IMG/VR virus record: IMGVR_UViG_3300012988_000001
Location: 186,001 to 250,000 of that record
DNA: 64,000 nt
Direction: 5' to 3' (one strand)
The notes below the pieces were generated by a model. That model ran no database searches. It was not told the DNA's origin and worked only from the letters and a program-made list of their open reading frames with translations. Each line of letters starts with the position of its first letter. The stretch's first letter is position 1. Below are positions 31,722-41,873 of the stretch, piece by piece. The position numbers and the translations under genes were made by a program.

Positions 31722-32540
31722 ATGACTAAGATGGATGAATTTCTACAGAAAGTAATAGTAAACGATACTGAAACAACTGGTGTTGATGAGAATGCCGAAA
31801 TCATTGAATTCAGTGCTTCATTCCCAATGAGTGCGAATGATGGTATTGATGATATCGCAAACTATACTCAACGTTATAAACCAAGTATTCCAGTACCTGC
31901 TATTGCTTCTTCAGTACACTTTATTACTGACGAAGACTTGGCTGACTGTGGAACTTATAAAGATGATATTGAAAATATCGACCAACTATTTTTGGCTCGT
32001 GAATTCTATGTAGGCCACAACGTAGATTTCGACCGTGATATGTATATTCAAAATCACCGTCAACATGTGGGACAAGTCCCAGAATACATGCTAGGTAAAA
32101 CCAAGTGGATTTGCACCTTACGTTTAGCAAAAAAACTATTTGCCGAAGACATGTCTTATGAGAACTTCAAGCTAAGTTACTTGTGGTTCAAATATGATTT
32201 GCATAAAACTGTCAACCGCCCAATCAATGCACATGCCGCTAAAGATGACGTATTCATGTGCTACAAAGTACTAATCAAATTGGTTGAGATTTGTATTGAA
32301 CGTGGTGAGATTGACCCTAACCAAGATATTGGTGAACAAGTTATTGCATTCTGTAACAAACCTTATCGTTATCAAGTGATGCCAATTGGTAAGCACAAAG
32401 GAGAACTCATGAAGAATGTTCCTTTGAACTACTTGAACTGGATGATAACTAATAGTGATATTCTAAATTCAGACCTACCAAACTACGATGTGGATTTGGC
32501 TCACAGTATTGAATGCGAATACGCTGAAAGATCTAATTGA
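31722..32540 (+). CDS. DEDDh 3'-5' exonuclease (DnaQ/ExoX-like)
   Basis: DTETTG, GHNVDFD, HAAKDD; C-terminal MPIGKHKG. Confidence 0.9.
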   Translation: MTKMDEFLQKVIVNDTETTGVDENAEIIEFSASFPMSANDGIDDIANYTQRYKPSIPVPAIASSVHFITDEDLADCGTYKDDIENIDQLFLAREFYVGHNVDFDRDMYIQNHRQHVGQVPEYMLGKTKWICTLRLAKKLFAEDMSYENFKLSYLWFKYDLHKTVNRPINAHAAKDDVFMCYKVLIKLVEICIERGEIDPNQDIGEQVIAFCNKPYRYQVMPIGKHKGELMKNVPLNYLNWMITNSDILNSDLPNYDVDLAHSIECEYAERSN

Positions 32541-32557
32541 TGTAAAAGGACTCAAGG

Positions 32558-34042
32558 ATGAGTGGAGTTTGTAGACTAATACTTCAGGATGAAGTAAACT
32601 GTAAGTTTGAGGGGTTAGAACCCTCACTTAGAAACAAGATGATCAACGAAGTTTCATATGTCCTTCCTTATGCCCGATTCACCCCTGCTGGTCGAATGGG
32701 GCGTTGGGATGGTAAAGTAAACTTTATGAACATGGGTGGTAGTACTTACTATCACATGCTAGATAAGCTATTGCCTCTTCTAGAAAAACATAACGTCATG
32801 ATTGATGTTATCGATGAGCGAATCAAGTTTGATTTGCAATTTGACCCAATTGATGAGAATATCTTCAATGACGTTGAATTTCCTGTGGGTCACCACATGG
32901 AAGGTAAAAAAATCGTTCTACGTGAACACCAAGTAAACGCAGTAAATGCATGTTTACAAAACCACCACGGATTACTTCTAGCGAGTACAAGTAGTGGTAA
33001 AACCCTAATCACAGCAGCACTATCTAAGAGCGTAGAGAAGTACGGACGCAGTATTGTTATTGTTCCAAGTACTGACCTCGTTCAACAGACTTTCGATGAC
33101 TATGAAATGTGTGGTCTTGATGCTGGTGTGTTTTATGGTGGCAAGAAAGAATTAGGCCATCAGCACACAATAACCACGTGGCAATCTTTAAACTCCCTTT
33201 GGAAGAAAACCAAAGCCGGGGAAGTTGCATTGACCGAGGAAGACGTACACGACTTCATAGACGGCGTTGTATGTGTGATGGTGGATGAGGCACACACAAG
33301 TGCTGCCGACGCGTTACAGGCCGTTCTAGGGCAGGTAATGGGTAAGATTCCTTTGCGTTGGGGCTTGACCGGGACAATCCCGAAAGACCCTGTACTTGCA
33401 GCAAAAATCAAATGTAATGTTGGTGATATCATTTACACAATTACTGCTAAAGAACTACAAGATAAAAATATCTTGAGTACTTGTAATGTGAACTGTATAA
33501 AACTAAAGAGTAATTTGAAATTTGCTACGTATCCTGAAGAAATGAAGTTCTTAGTGACTGACAGAGACAGGATGAAGTACGTTGCAACCCTCATAGCAGC
33601 AATTGCGGAAGGGGGTAACACATTAGTTTTGGTTGACAGACTTGAAGCTGGTGAACTATTATGTGAGTTCCTTGGTATTCCTAAGTCTGAATTTGTTCGT
33701 GGTAATACGAAGAAGAAAGATCGTGAAGCATCATACGGTGAAATTCGTTGGGCTGACAATAAGATTCTAATAGCTACTTATGGAGTTGCGAGTACTGGTA
33801 TCAGTATTAGTCGATTATATAATGTAGTACTAATAGAGCCGGGTAAATCTTTTGTTCGTACAATACAAAGTATTGGTCGTGGATTACGCCGTGCTGAAGA
33901 TAAAGACCATGTTGAAATTTATGATATAAGTGGTTCGAACAAATATTCAGCAAAACATTCTAGAGAACGTATTGCTTACTACAAAGAAGTACAATATCCG
34001 TATAACGTGATTGACGTTCCAGATTGGCAAAACTTGGGATGA
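32558..34042 (+). CDS. uvsW: UvsW-like SF2 helicase
   Basis: STSSGKT, DEAH, GLTGT, QSIGRGLR. Confidence 0.93.
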   Translation: MSGVCRLILQDEVNCKFEGLEPSLRNKMINEVSYVLPYARFTPAGRMGRWDGKVNFMNMGGSTYYHMLDKLLPLLEKHNVMIDVIDERIKFDLQFDPIDENIFNDVEFPVGHHMEGKKIVLREHQVNAVNACLQNHHGLLLASTSSGKTLITAALSKSVEKYGRSIVIVPSTDLVQQTFDDYEMCGLDAGVFYGGKKELGHQHTITTWQSLNSLWKKTKAGEVALTEEDVHDFIDGVVCVMVDEAHTSAADALQAVLGQVMGKIPLRWGLTGTIPKDPVLAAKIKCNVGDIIYTITAKELQDKNILSTCNVNCIKLKSNLKFATYPEEMKFLVTDRDRMKYVATLIAAIAEGGNTLVLVDRLEAGELLCEFLGIPKSEFVRGNTKKKDREASYGEIRWADNKILIATYGVASTGISISRLYNVVLIEPGKSFVRTIQSIGRGLRRAEDKDHVEIYDISGSNKYSAKHSRERIAYYKEVQYPYNVIDVPDWQNLG

Positions 34043-34064
34043 ATCCCAAAAAATGTGATATAAT
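34034..34064 (+). promoter_or_regulatory. phage TTGGGACA-class promoter
   Basis: TTGGGATG...TGTGATATAAT. Confidence 0.8.
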
Positions 34065-34098
34065 AGAATTGTAACAAAACTAAAAAGGAATTTAGAAA

Positions 34099-34539
34099 AT
34101 GGAACTTCGATCTTGTATCGCCTTTATTGGCGACTCCGCAACTTTAGAGAAGATCGATTCCTTGATTAACGAGGAATCATTGATTGATGACATGGTTTTT
34201 TCTGTAGACTTTATTGCAGAGCTTGAAACAGAAGACACCTATGTTTATCGTTGCTACAGCGATGCTGATGCATGGATTAATATCTATGAAATACAGAATC
34301 GTTTTGCCGAACACCTTGGCAAAGTAAAATATGACGTAATTTACGCAAGTACTGACTCAAAGACATTTGTCGATGTAGTTAGTATTACGGGTAATTTTGA
34401 TGCTTACATTGATACTGACACTGATAAAATTCAGGAAGTATGTGAGACTTACGGATTGGAGTTCTTTGGTTCTACTGATGATGATGAAGATGATTATCAG
34501 GATGAATATGACTACAACGCTGATAATGATTACTACTAG
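34099..34539 (+). CDS. hypothetical acidic protein
   Basis: 146 aa, D/E-rich tail, AAGGA SD. Confidence 0.65.
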   Translation: MELRSCIAFIGDSATLEKIDSLINEESLIDDMVFSVDFIAELETEDTYVYRCYSDADAWINIYEIQNRFAEHLGKVKYDVIYASTDSKTFVDVVSITGNFDAYIDTDTDKIQEVCETYGLEFFGSTDDDEDDYQDEYDYNADNDYY

Positions 34540-34547
34540 GAGGTATC

Positions 34548-35045
34548 ATGCAAATATTAACTCCCGAAAATTATGCGTATGAAATGGATTTGGTATCCGA
34601 TGAGATCCCAGAAGAAATGTATTGCGTATTAGATTTGAGCGACCACGGAGATTCGGATTTTTACTTCCGACCCATTAACCATACGGTTTCGTTCAATAGT
34701 CTAAGTGCAGACTTACAAATTGGTGATAAAATTATTCAAGTACCATTAGGATGGCAAATCCTATTAGGTGATGAAGATACCGGAATGGTAGAGATGTGTA
34801 CTATTGAAAACATCTTGAATATGAAAGATCCAAAAGCATATGTATATAATCCTATTCGCTCGATGTATGCACGGTTTGAAACTGTGAAAGTACTCCGAGT
34901 GTTTACACTAACAACTAAATGGCAGATGCCAATGGTACAACGCAAGAATTTATTAGCAGTACCATTAACTACTGGGTTTAATCCTCAGTGTGTATTCTTT
35001 GCCGATGAAAACGAAAAGATACCAGACCTTTACTTGGGGATATAA
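34548..35045 (+). CDS. hypothetical protein (possible inactive Hint-like fold)
   Basis: GGAGG SD; beta-rich pattern. Confidence 0.6.
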   Translation: MQILTPENYAYEMDLVSDEIPEEMYCVLDLSDHGDSDFYFRPINHTVSFNSLSADLQIGDKIIQVPLGWQILLGDEDTGMVEMCTIENILNMKDPKAYVYNPIRSMYARFETVKVLRVFTLTTKWQMPMVQRKNLLAVPLTTGFNPQCVFFADENEKIPDLYLGI

Positions 35046-35047
35046 TA

Positions 35048-35890
35048 ATGTTTGATTTCAGCAGCACAAAACAATCTAGTACTGAAGTTTATGAAGTAGA
35101 AAAGAAAATAGAGCTAGACATGAATCTATTACTAGAAAAAATTGATACAGCACAATATGGTTATTTTGAAACACTAAGCGATAATGAAAAGAAAAGTTTT
35201 CAACCTTATGTAATTCAACGTTGGATTAGTTCACTTGATGATTCTATGCAAGTAACTTATTCAGCAAAGGTGGTTGAAGCAATCTTTGGTAAATGGGCTA
35301 AGGGTGGTAAAGAAGCACTTAATGAATTACGTGCAGAATTCAAAACCCAAGGAATTGAATGTATCGGTGTTGCTAAGTATCAACATTCCCAATATGATTG
35401 GCGTATCAAATTTTCAGTTAAAGATAAAGCTAGTGCAGATAAACTAATTCAAGAAATGAAGGAATTTAACTGCACAGGCTATGAGATTGTTTCTCTAGTT
35501 GACAGCACAACCTACAAGTACTTACTAATTATGCTTAATAACATGGTTAATGATGGAATGTGGGATTTGCAGAATTCACCAGAATTGGTGTATAATTTGC
35601 TTTGTTCTGTATCATCTCTTATTGGTGGTCAGAAGCAAGCACACACATGGTTGCCATTCCCGAAAGGATTGAAGAACGTCAACAAAGACTTGTTTGACCT
35701 TATAAAGAAAACGCAATCCGAATTGGTAGCAAACCAACTTAATGAAGTAGAATATAAAATACTTCTCCTAAGTTATACAAAAGAATCTTTCACTGAACTA
35801 TTGACAGATTATGGTTTCCAAGATAGTGATAAGAAGAACTTTTTAAAACAATTCAAAACAGAGTGTGAGAAATATGGCAAAACAATTTAG
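35048..35890 (+). CDS. hypothetical, possibly clamp-loader small subunit (gp62-like) with insertion
   Basis: FQPYVIQRWISS resembles gp62 Y..F+INR.LS; replication cluster. Confidence 0.4.
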   Translation: MFDFSSTKQSSTEVYEVEKKIELDMNLLLEKIDTAQYGYFETLSDNEKKSFQPYVIQRWISSLDDSMQVTYSAKVVEAIFGKWAKGGKEALNELRAEFKTQGIECIGVAKYQHSQYDWRIKFSVKDKASADKLIQEMKEFNCTGYEIVSLVDSTTYKYLLIMLNNMVNDGMWDLQNSPELVYNLLCSVSSLIGGQKQAHTWLPFPKGLKNVNKDLFDLIKKTQSELVANQLNEVEYKILLLSYTKESFTELLTDYGFQDSDKKNFLKQFKTECEKYGKTI

Positions 35891-36593
35891 TTTATCTAAG
35901 AAAGCACCCACATACAAATGTGGGTTCTGTAATAAAGAATATAAAAGAGAAGAAACGGTCATGACACATAAATGTGAAAAACGTGACCGATACAATCAAA
36001 GAGACTCTCGCGAAATGCGGGAGGCTTTTCGTTTATACATGGAATTCATGAATAAACATAAATTGAGCATTGGTAAAAAGGAAGAACCACTAATGCATTT
36101 CATTAAGTCAAAGTACTTTAATGAATTCTACAAATTCGCTGAATACATTTTACAGAATGATATACTAGAGAAGGAAAAGTTCGTTGATGAAATTCTTACT
36201 TCTGGTAAACCAGTTTATGAATGGATGACGCACAAAACTTTAGAAGAGTGGATTATCAAATGTCTTCGTGATGAACATCCCCGCAGAGCAATTGAACGTT
36301 CTATTCCAGCACTCGTAGAGTGGGCTGAAATAACAGAAAGCGATTGGACCAACTTCTTTCACGAAGTCAGCCCGGTACGTGCAATTCAATGGCTAGAGTG
36401 TGGAAAAATATCTCCTTGGTTGATTTTCATCAGCCGTCCAGAATCAGGTAATGCTTTACTATCAAGGCTTTCACCATCAGAACTAGATTACATAGTTCGT
36501 TTCATTGATCCTACCTTCTACCAACGTAAGCAATTAAAGTACACACAGGATTGTAATGATATTCGTGCAATTCTAACAGAGGCAGGACTATGA
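35865..36593 (+). CDS. hypothetical protein with N-terminal C2H2/C2HC zinc finger
   Basis: CGFC...H.C. Confidence 0.65.
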   Translation: MRNMAKQFSLSKKAPTYKCGFCNKEYKREETVMTHKCEKRDRYNQRDSREMREAFRLYMEFMNKHKLSIGKKEEPLMHFIKSKYFNEFYKFAEYILQNDILEKEKFVDEILTSGKPVYEWMTHKTLEEWIIKCLRDEHPRRAIERSIPALVEWAEITESDWTNFFHEVSPVRAIQWLECGKISPWLIFISRPESGNALLSRLSPSELDYIVRFIDPTFYQRKQLKYTQDCNDIRAILTEAGL

Positions 36594-36949
36594 GTAATAT
36601 GTACAGTCAGAACCCACCAAAAGGTTCTTCAACAGTTTATAACACACCAAAAACAGCAGTAAATGAAAGCAAGACTGAAGAAAAAGATTCAGTGCAACAG
36701 GAGATTAAACTTCTTCGAGAAGCACATGTCACCGAGATTACACTCGGAAACCAAACCCTTAGAGTCATGGACGCAGGACATATACAAGGAGTAATTAACA
36801 TGCAGGAGAAGCAGTTTAAAGATATTAAACATCTTCAGAAAACAGTTAATACTCAAACTCGTGTCATCAGTTCCATGTCACAAGCAATTAGCAGCCTAGA
36901 ACGTGAGGTTGACGAATTAAAGAGAAAGTTAAATGGAAACTACTTATAG
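36590..36949 (+). CDS. hypothetical coiled-coil protein
   Basis: Heptad C-terminus; ATGA coupling. Confidence 0.6.
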   Translation: MSNMYSQNPPKGSSTVYNTPKTAVNESKTEEKDSVQQEIKLLREAHVTEITLGNQTLRVMDAGHIQGVINMQEKQFKDIKHLQKTVNTQTRVISSMSQAISSLEREVDELKRKLNGNYL

Positions 36950-37559
36950 AAAAGCCAGAACGGATATTGATATAGACGTTCGAAGTTCAAAAGAAGTTAT
37001 TGACCAACTTCCATGTGTTCGAAGTGTTGAACGGATTACTGAGAACGGAATGCAAGTACATAAAAGTGGGATACACTTTGATAACATTCCAGTAGACCCG
37101 GTTAGTGGATATGCAAGCATTGCATATAAAGAAGCCGAAAGGTTAGGATATCAAAAAGTTGATATACTATCGCAATCGGCATATGTGCATGTTCGAGATC
37201 GTGAACACTTAAAAGAATTAATGGCAAGAGAACCTGATTGGTCTTTATTATTAGTACCGGAAATCGTTGAGCAACTATCTCAGATTAAAAAACACATTGC
37301 ATTATTGCAGGTGTGGAAACCAAGTAGTATTGATGAACTCGCAATCTTTATTGCTATGATTCGTCCGGGTAAAAGGCATTGCCAGAGTATGAATAGTTGG
37401 AATGAGGTATTGGCTACGGTATGGGATTATAGTACAATTGGGCTTGACGGAGAAGGTAATAAGCTACGTTACTTCAAAAAACCTCACGCATATGCGTATA
37501 GTCACATGATAGTAGTACAGCTTAATGCATTAGTTGAGCATCTTACTTCTTCTTCTTGA
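36933..37559 (+). CDS. minimal family C (DnaE-like) polymerase catalytic domain
   Basis: DIDID, HKSG, KVDIL, IAMIRPG, FKKPHAYAY in DnaE order. Confidence 0.85.
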   Translation: METTYRKARTDIDIDVRSSKEVIDQLPCVRSVERITENGMQVHKSGIHFDNIPVDPVSGYASIAYKEAERLGYQKVDILSQSAYVHVRDREHLKELMAREPDWSLLLVPEIVEQLSQIKKHIALLQVWKPSSIDELAIFIAMIRPGKRHCQSMNSWNEVLATVWDYSTIGLDGEGNKLRYFKKPHAYAYSHMIVVQLNALVEHLTSSS

Positions 37560-37893
37560 GGGTAATATTTCGGCGTTTGATTCGTTTTGTTGGAAGGTCG
37601 CTCAATGATATTGAGGGACCGGACAGAAATGTAACACTATCAGTATTAAATCGTAATGTGTGTTCTTCGAAGACTTCCATTTCCTCTTGCATTGCTAGAC
37701 AAATTGGAATTGCACGATTGAACCCCCACCACCAAGAATCCGATAATGTTAATAACTCTTTCTGTTGGGATTCTTCCATTAAGTGGAAACAGTATAAAGT
37801 TGTATATTGTTTACTTCTAATCTTTATAATCCCATAATACATTTTACCGTCATGTTCCAGTACTGTTACATACGGCGGGTAAGTTTTAGTCAT
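37543..37893 (-). CDS. hypothetical protein
   Basis: GGAG SD favours start MTKTYPP; late promoter upstream. Confidence 0.6.
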   Translation of the reverse strand: MTKTYPPYVTVLEHDGKMYYGIIKIRSKQYTTLYCFHLMEESQQKELLTLSDSWWWGFNRAIPICLAMQEEMEVFEEHTLRFNTDSVTFLSGPSISLSDLPTKRIKRRNITLKKKK

Positions 37894-37936
37894 CAATGAG
37901 ACTCCCATAAATATTATATAGTTTAAAAGTACATAG

Positions 37937-37944
37937 TATTTATA
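37937..37944 (-). promoter_or_regulatory. T4-like late promoter
   Basis: TATAAATA on minus strand; divergent CATAAATA at 37906-37913. Confidence 0.6.
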
Positions 37945-37955
37945 GAGGTAAACTT

Positions 37956-38927
37956 ATGGCACATTATGGCGTTTATACGTACCCTACAAACAATCAGGTT
38001 GCTCTTGGCAACTTTAACATGCCTTTCAATCAAGAAAAGGTAACGATTTACAGAGGTGCAAATAACTCAGTCTCTTTTTCAGTACACAATGCTGACGGTA
38101 AGTATACCTTACTAAAAGAAGATGAGTTTTTAATTTTCACAATATTTGATGCCCGGAATAACACGAAGATCTTTGAAGTAGTATTAGAAAAGATTCTTCC
38201 ATCATGGGTATCAGAATCAGGTCAAGCTAGACCTACATTAAGTAACAAGCAAAAAGTGTATTACGGTTGTGTAGTACCTGCTGGTGTAATTCAAGATTTG
38301 AGTCCCGGATCAAAGTACAGATGGAGTATCCACAAAGTACAACTCAATGGTGATTTGGTAGAATCAAATGAATTTTTATATACAGGATTGAACTTTGAAG
38401 CAAGTTCTGATTTAATTATCAGTGATCAAGCTGCTCCGATATTTGTAGCATCGCAAGAGATTAGTGATACTAAAAATTCATCTTGGCTTCCAGTAGCACA
38501 CAAAGAGCGTCAACCTATCGCCAATGGTGTTAAGGGTGATTTCGACGTAATGCGTTCTTCATCTATTCCTGCTGGTGCTCAGTACGGTTTAGTTGATGGG
38601 TTGAGTACTATTGCATTTTATTTCAAGAATTTCGTTGGTAGAATCCAACTCCAAGGATGTTTGGCAAATAATTCCCCTATTGATAGCGAGGAATATAAAT
38701 GGTTTATCATCAAACTTGATGGTCAAGAATACATTGAAAGTGGATGGGATGAACATGGTATACCACGGAGTATCGATGGTATTCAAGCATTCAATTTTAA
38801 AGGGAATTACATGTGGCTTCGTGTTGTATGTTGCATTCCACCAAAAATTGTGCATTATCCACCAGCGGAGATTGTTAAAGAGTACAAGCCATTGTTGACT
38901 GTACCAAAGATTTTAATCAGACGATAA
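37956..38927 (+). CDS. probable virion structural protein (beta-sandwich domains)
   Basis: Beta-rich, late-type promoter upstream. Confidence 0.45.
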   Translation: MAHYGVYTYPTNNQVALGNFNMPFNQEKVTIYRGANNSVSFSVHNADGKYTLLKEDEFLIFTIFDARNNTKIFEVVLEKILPSWVSESGQARPTLSNKQKVYYGCVVPAGVIQDLSPGSKYRWSIHKVQLNGDLVESNEFLYTGLNFEASSDLIISDQAAPIFVASQEISDTKNSSWLPVAHKERQPIANGVKGDFDVMRSSSIPAGAQYGLVDGLSTIAFYFKNFVGRIQLQGCLANNSPIDSEEYKWFIIKLDGQEYIESGWDEHGIPRSIDGIQAFNFKGNYMWLRVVCCIPPKIVHYPPAEIVKEYKPLLTVPKILIRR

Positions 38928-38929
38928 AC

Positions 38930-38960
38930 TTGGGATGAACCTGACAAAATGTGATATAAT
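38930..38960 (+). promoter_or_regulatory. phage TTGGGACA-class promoter
   Basis: TTGGGATG...TGTGATATAAT. Confidence 0.8.
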
Positions 38961-38984
38961 CAACGTACAAGCGAGGATAAAATT

Positions 38985-40034
38985 ATGAATCAGGTTCAAA
39001 TTATTACGGCGAACTTGATGCAAGATCCTGTCCCAGCAATGGGTGCATGGAAGCATCATAACTGCCCTGCCTGTGTTTTCCGTGGACAACCAAGACCGGA
39101 CACACGACAACGTGGAAATCACGTATTTAATAACGATGGTGGGATCGGATATAACTGTTTCAACTGTGGTATTAAAGTAAACTGGTCACCCGGTAGATAT
39201 ATGAGCAACGACTTTGAAACGTTGCTCGTTTCATATGGGGCATCAGATAAAGACATTGCATATCTTAAACTGTTCATTGATGAAATGGTTAAGAGTGGTG
39301 ATTATGAAGTTGAGGAATCAGCAACTAATAAATTGTTCCAACGAATCACCAAAAGAGAATTACCCCAAGGAGCAAAGAGTTTTGCACAATGGGTACAAGA
39401 AGATAACATACCTGAACAATTCCTAAGTGTGTTAAACGCAGTACATGAACGTAATCCATATTTAATTGATTTGGATTTATATTGGAGTCCTGCAAAAGAA
39501 CATCGTATGTATGATAGGTTCATTATACCGTATTATATGCATGGTGAAATTATAGGTTATACGGCTAGGCACAAAGAGGTAGATAGCAATTATCGCTATG
39601 TTAATCAAGTAAGCACTAGCCTTCTTTATAACTTTGATTTACTCAATGATGATAGAATTAAAGTTATATTGGTAGCAGAAGGACCAATCGACGCAGCGTT
39701 GATGTGTGGTGTATCTGCAAACAACTATCAATTACAGCAAGCCCAAATTGAATTATTAAAGGCTGCACAAGAAAAAGGTAAGAAGATAGTAATTGTACCA
39801 GATCGTGATAAGGATGGTATTAAAGCAATCGAGCAAGCATTGGAGCATGGCTTTAGTATTGCGTGTCCAGATTACGGTACTGTACGTACAACAGACGGGC
39901 GAGGGATTCGCCACGTAAAAGATTTAGACGAAGCATGTGCAAAATACGGACGGTTATTCTGTGTGAAGTTAATTCACGAAAGTATTATAGATGACCCGTT
40001 CCTTATTGAAGTACAAAAAGGCAAATGGATTTGA
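38985..40034 (+). CDS. DNA primase (T4 gp61/DnaG-like)
   Basis: CPAC...CFNC zinc domain; TOPRIM AEGPID and PDRD. Confidence 0.9.
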   Translation: MNQVQIITANLMQDPVPAMGAWKHHNCPACVFRGQPRPDTRQRGNHVFNNDGGIGYNCFNCGIKVNWSPGRYMSNDFETLLVSYGASDKDIAYLKLFIDEMVKSGDYEVEESATNKLFQRITKRELPQGAKSFAQWVQEDNIPEQFLSVLNAVHERNPYLIDLDLYWSPAKEHRMYDRFIIPYYMHGEIIGYTARHKEVDSNYRYVNQVSTSLLYNFDLLNDDRIKVILVAEGPIDAALMCGVSANNYQLQQAQIELLKAAQEKGKKIVIVPDRDKDGIKAIEQALEHGFSIACPDYGTVRTTDGRGIRHVKDLDEACAKYGRLFCVKLIHESIIDDPFLIEVQKGKWI

Positions 40035-40043
40035 GGAATTAGA

Positions 40044-41588
40044 ATGAGCTTAGTAAACACGGACGTTAAACAATATGGAATTAACTATCAACTATATCTA
40101 CTATCAAAGGTCTTCAGTAATCCAGATGTATTTGTACGATGCAAGAACATCTTAAAACCTGAATATTTTGATAAAGAATTCCATAATAGCATTACCTTTG
40201 TGCACGAACATGCACAAAAATATAGTACAAGTCCATCCCTTAGTGATATTGAGATGAAAGGTGGCTTTCTTTACAGAAACGAAAAGATTCAAGCAATTGA
40301 TGAACAATCAGTACTTGATGATATTGGTGAATTCTGTCGTCATAAAGCACTAGCACTCGCAGTACAAAAAGGAATGGAATTAGTAAACCAAAAGAAATAT
40401 GGTGGTATCGAAGAACTGATTCGAGAAGCTATGTTAGTAACCGTACAGAATGAATTGGGTCTAGATGTATATGAAAACCCAGAAGAAACTATTCGCTCTT
40501 TGAATAGCAATCAAGGTTCATTCAAAACTGGTTGGGAAACATTAGACTTTAAACTACAAGGTGGTTTCGGTCGTCAAGAACTTGAAATCTTTGCGGCAGC
40601 ATCTGGTGGTGGTAAGTCTGTAGTACTACAGAACTTGGCAGTAAACTTCTCTAAGCAAGGGAAGGTTGGGGCATATATTTCCCTAGAACTAGCAGAGGAA
40701 CTAGTAGCAGTACGTATCTATTCAATGATGGTAAACAAGAAAGGCCAAGAGTTAAAATCTTCCCCTGAAAACTCAAGTATTCAGATTAAATTGGAAGAGA
40801 AGACTAGTGGTTCTTTACGTATTAAACGTATGCCTGAATCAGTTACGACCGTGAATGATATTGAAAGTTATCTTCGTGAACTACAAATTAAAACTGGCCT
40901 AAAGCTAGATTATGTTTGTGTGGATTATCTTGATCTATTAACTTCTGATCGTTGTGGGCCGAACGATGCATCAAACGCATTTGTTAAAGATAAATTCGTT
41001 TCGGAAGAATTACGTGCACTCGCAATGAAAATGGATATTACTGTTGTAACTGCTTGTCAGTTTAACCGTAGTGGTATTAGTGAAGAGAAAAAATCACAGA
41101 GTCAAATCGCTGGTGGTATTTCTAAGATCTATACTGCGGATAACGTAATTTACATTGAGGCAAAACGCGAAACTGGTGAAATGTGGTTTGACTTCCAGAA
41201 AACTCGTAACAGTGGTGCAGTTGGTTCTCGTCTACGTATGTCTTATAATATCGATAGCCTACGAGTACTCGACCATGCAATCACGGTACAGCAAATGGAA
41301 CTAGACGGCTTCGGCTTCAAGCATATGGGTTCATTCCCAATTGGTGGTGGAAACGCAGTCAGCGGCCCAGCAGTGGCCCAGCAGCAAACACCAATGCAGA
41401 TGCTACACTCTCACTTCCAAGCTACTCAGGCACAGTCACAGAGCGTTCCTGACCCTGTTTCTATACCTGCGGCCCAATCTCCCGGTATTCAAGATACTTC
41501 TATTTCTACTGGAATAAATACAACAAATGATCCAAGCAAGAACAATGTGAATCAGCTTGCCATCAGGAGTTTATTGAATAGGAAATAA
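40044..41588 (+). CDS. replicative DnaB-like helicase (T4 gp41-like)
   Basis: AASGGGKS, SLEL, VDYLD, ACQFNR, KTRNSG. Confidence 0.95.
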   Translation: MSLVNTDVKQYGINYQLYLLSKVFSNPDVFVRCKNILKPEYFDKEFHNSITFVHEHAQKYSTSPSLSDIEMKGGFLYRNEKIQAIDEQSVLDDIGEFCRHKALALAVQKGMELVNQKKYGGIEELIREAMLVTVQNELGLDVYENPEETIRSLNSNQGSFKTGWETLDFKLQGGFGRQELEIFAAASGGGKSVVLQNLAVNFSKQGKVGAYISLELAEELVAVRIYSMMVNKKGQELKSSPENSSIQIKLEEKTSGSLRIKRMPESVTTVNDIESYLRELQIKTGLKLDYVCVDYLDLLTSDRCGPNDASNAFVKDKFVSEELRALAMKMDITVVTACQFNRSGISEEKKSQSQIAGGISKIYTADNVIYIEAKRETGEMWFDFQKTRNSGAVGSRLRMSYNIDSLRVLDHAITVQQMELDGFGFKHMGSFPIGGGNAVSGPAVAQQQTPMQMLHSHFQATQAQSQSVPDPVSIPAAQSPGIQDTSISTGINTTNDPSKNNVNQLAIRSLLNRK

Positions 41589-41591
41589 TAC

Positions 41592-41873
41592 ATGTCTAGT
41601 GAAAAGAAAACACTTCTTGATAGTATCTTTAACTATACGCCGGAAAAAGGTAAATTACAGGAATTTAGTTCTAAAGCGGATAACGCTATTAATTCCGTGA
41701 TTTACCTGCTTGAGTATATTGATACGGAATTCAATCAAGACGATGCAGAAGATTTAAAGAAGCGTTTGTTTCTAAGTATCAAAAATCGGGACTATAAAAA
41801 GTTCCAACGTGGTTTAGATAACATTGCTCTTGATGAAAAACGACAATCTAAGGGAGGTCGATTAGATGAGTAA
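41592..41873 (+). CDS. hypothetical protein
   Basis: 93 aa ORF. Confidence 0.65.
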   Translation: MSSEKKTLLDSIFNYTPEKGKLQEFSSKADNAINSVIYLLEYIDTEFNQDDAEDLKKRLFLSIKNRDYKKFQRGLDNIALDEKRQSKGGRLDE

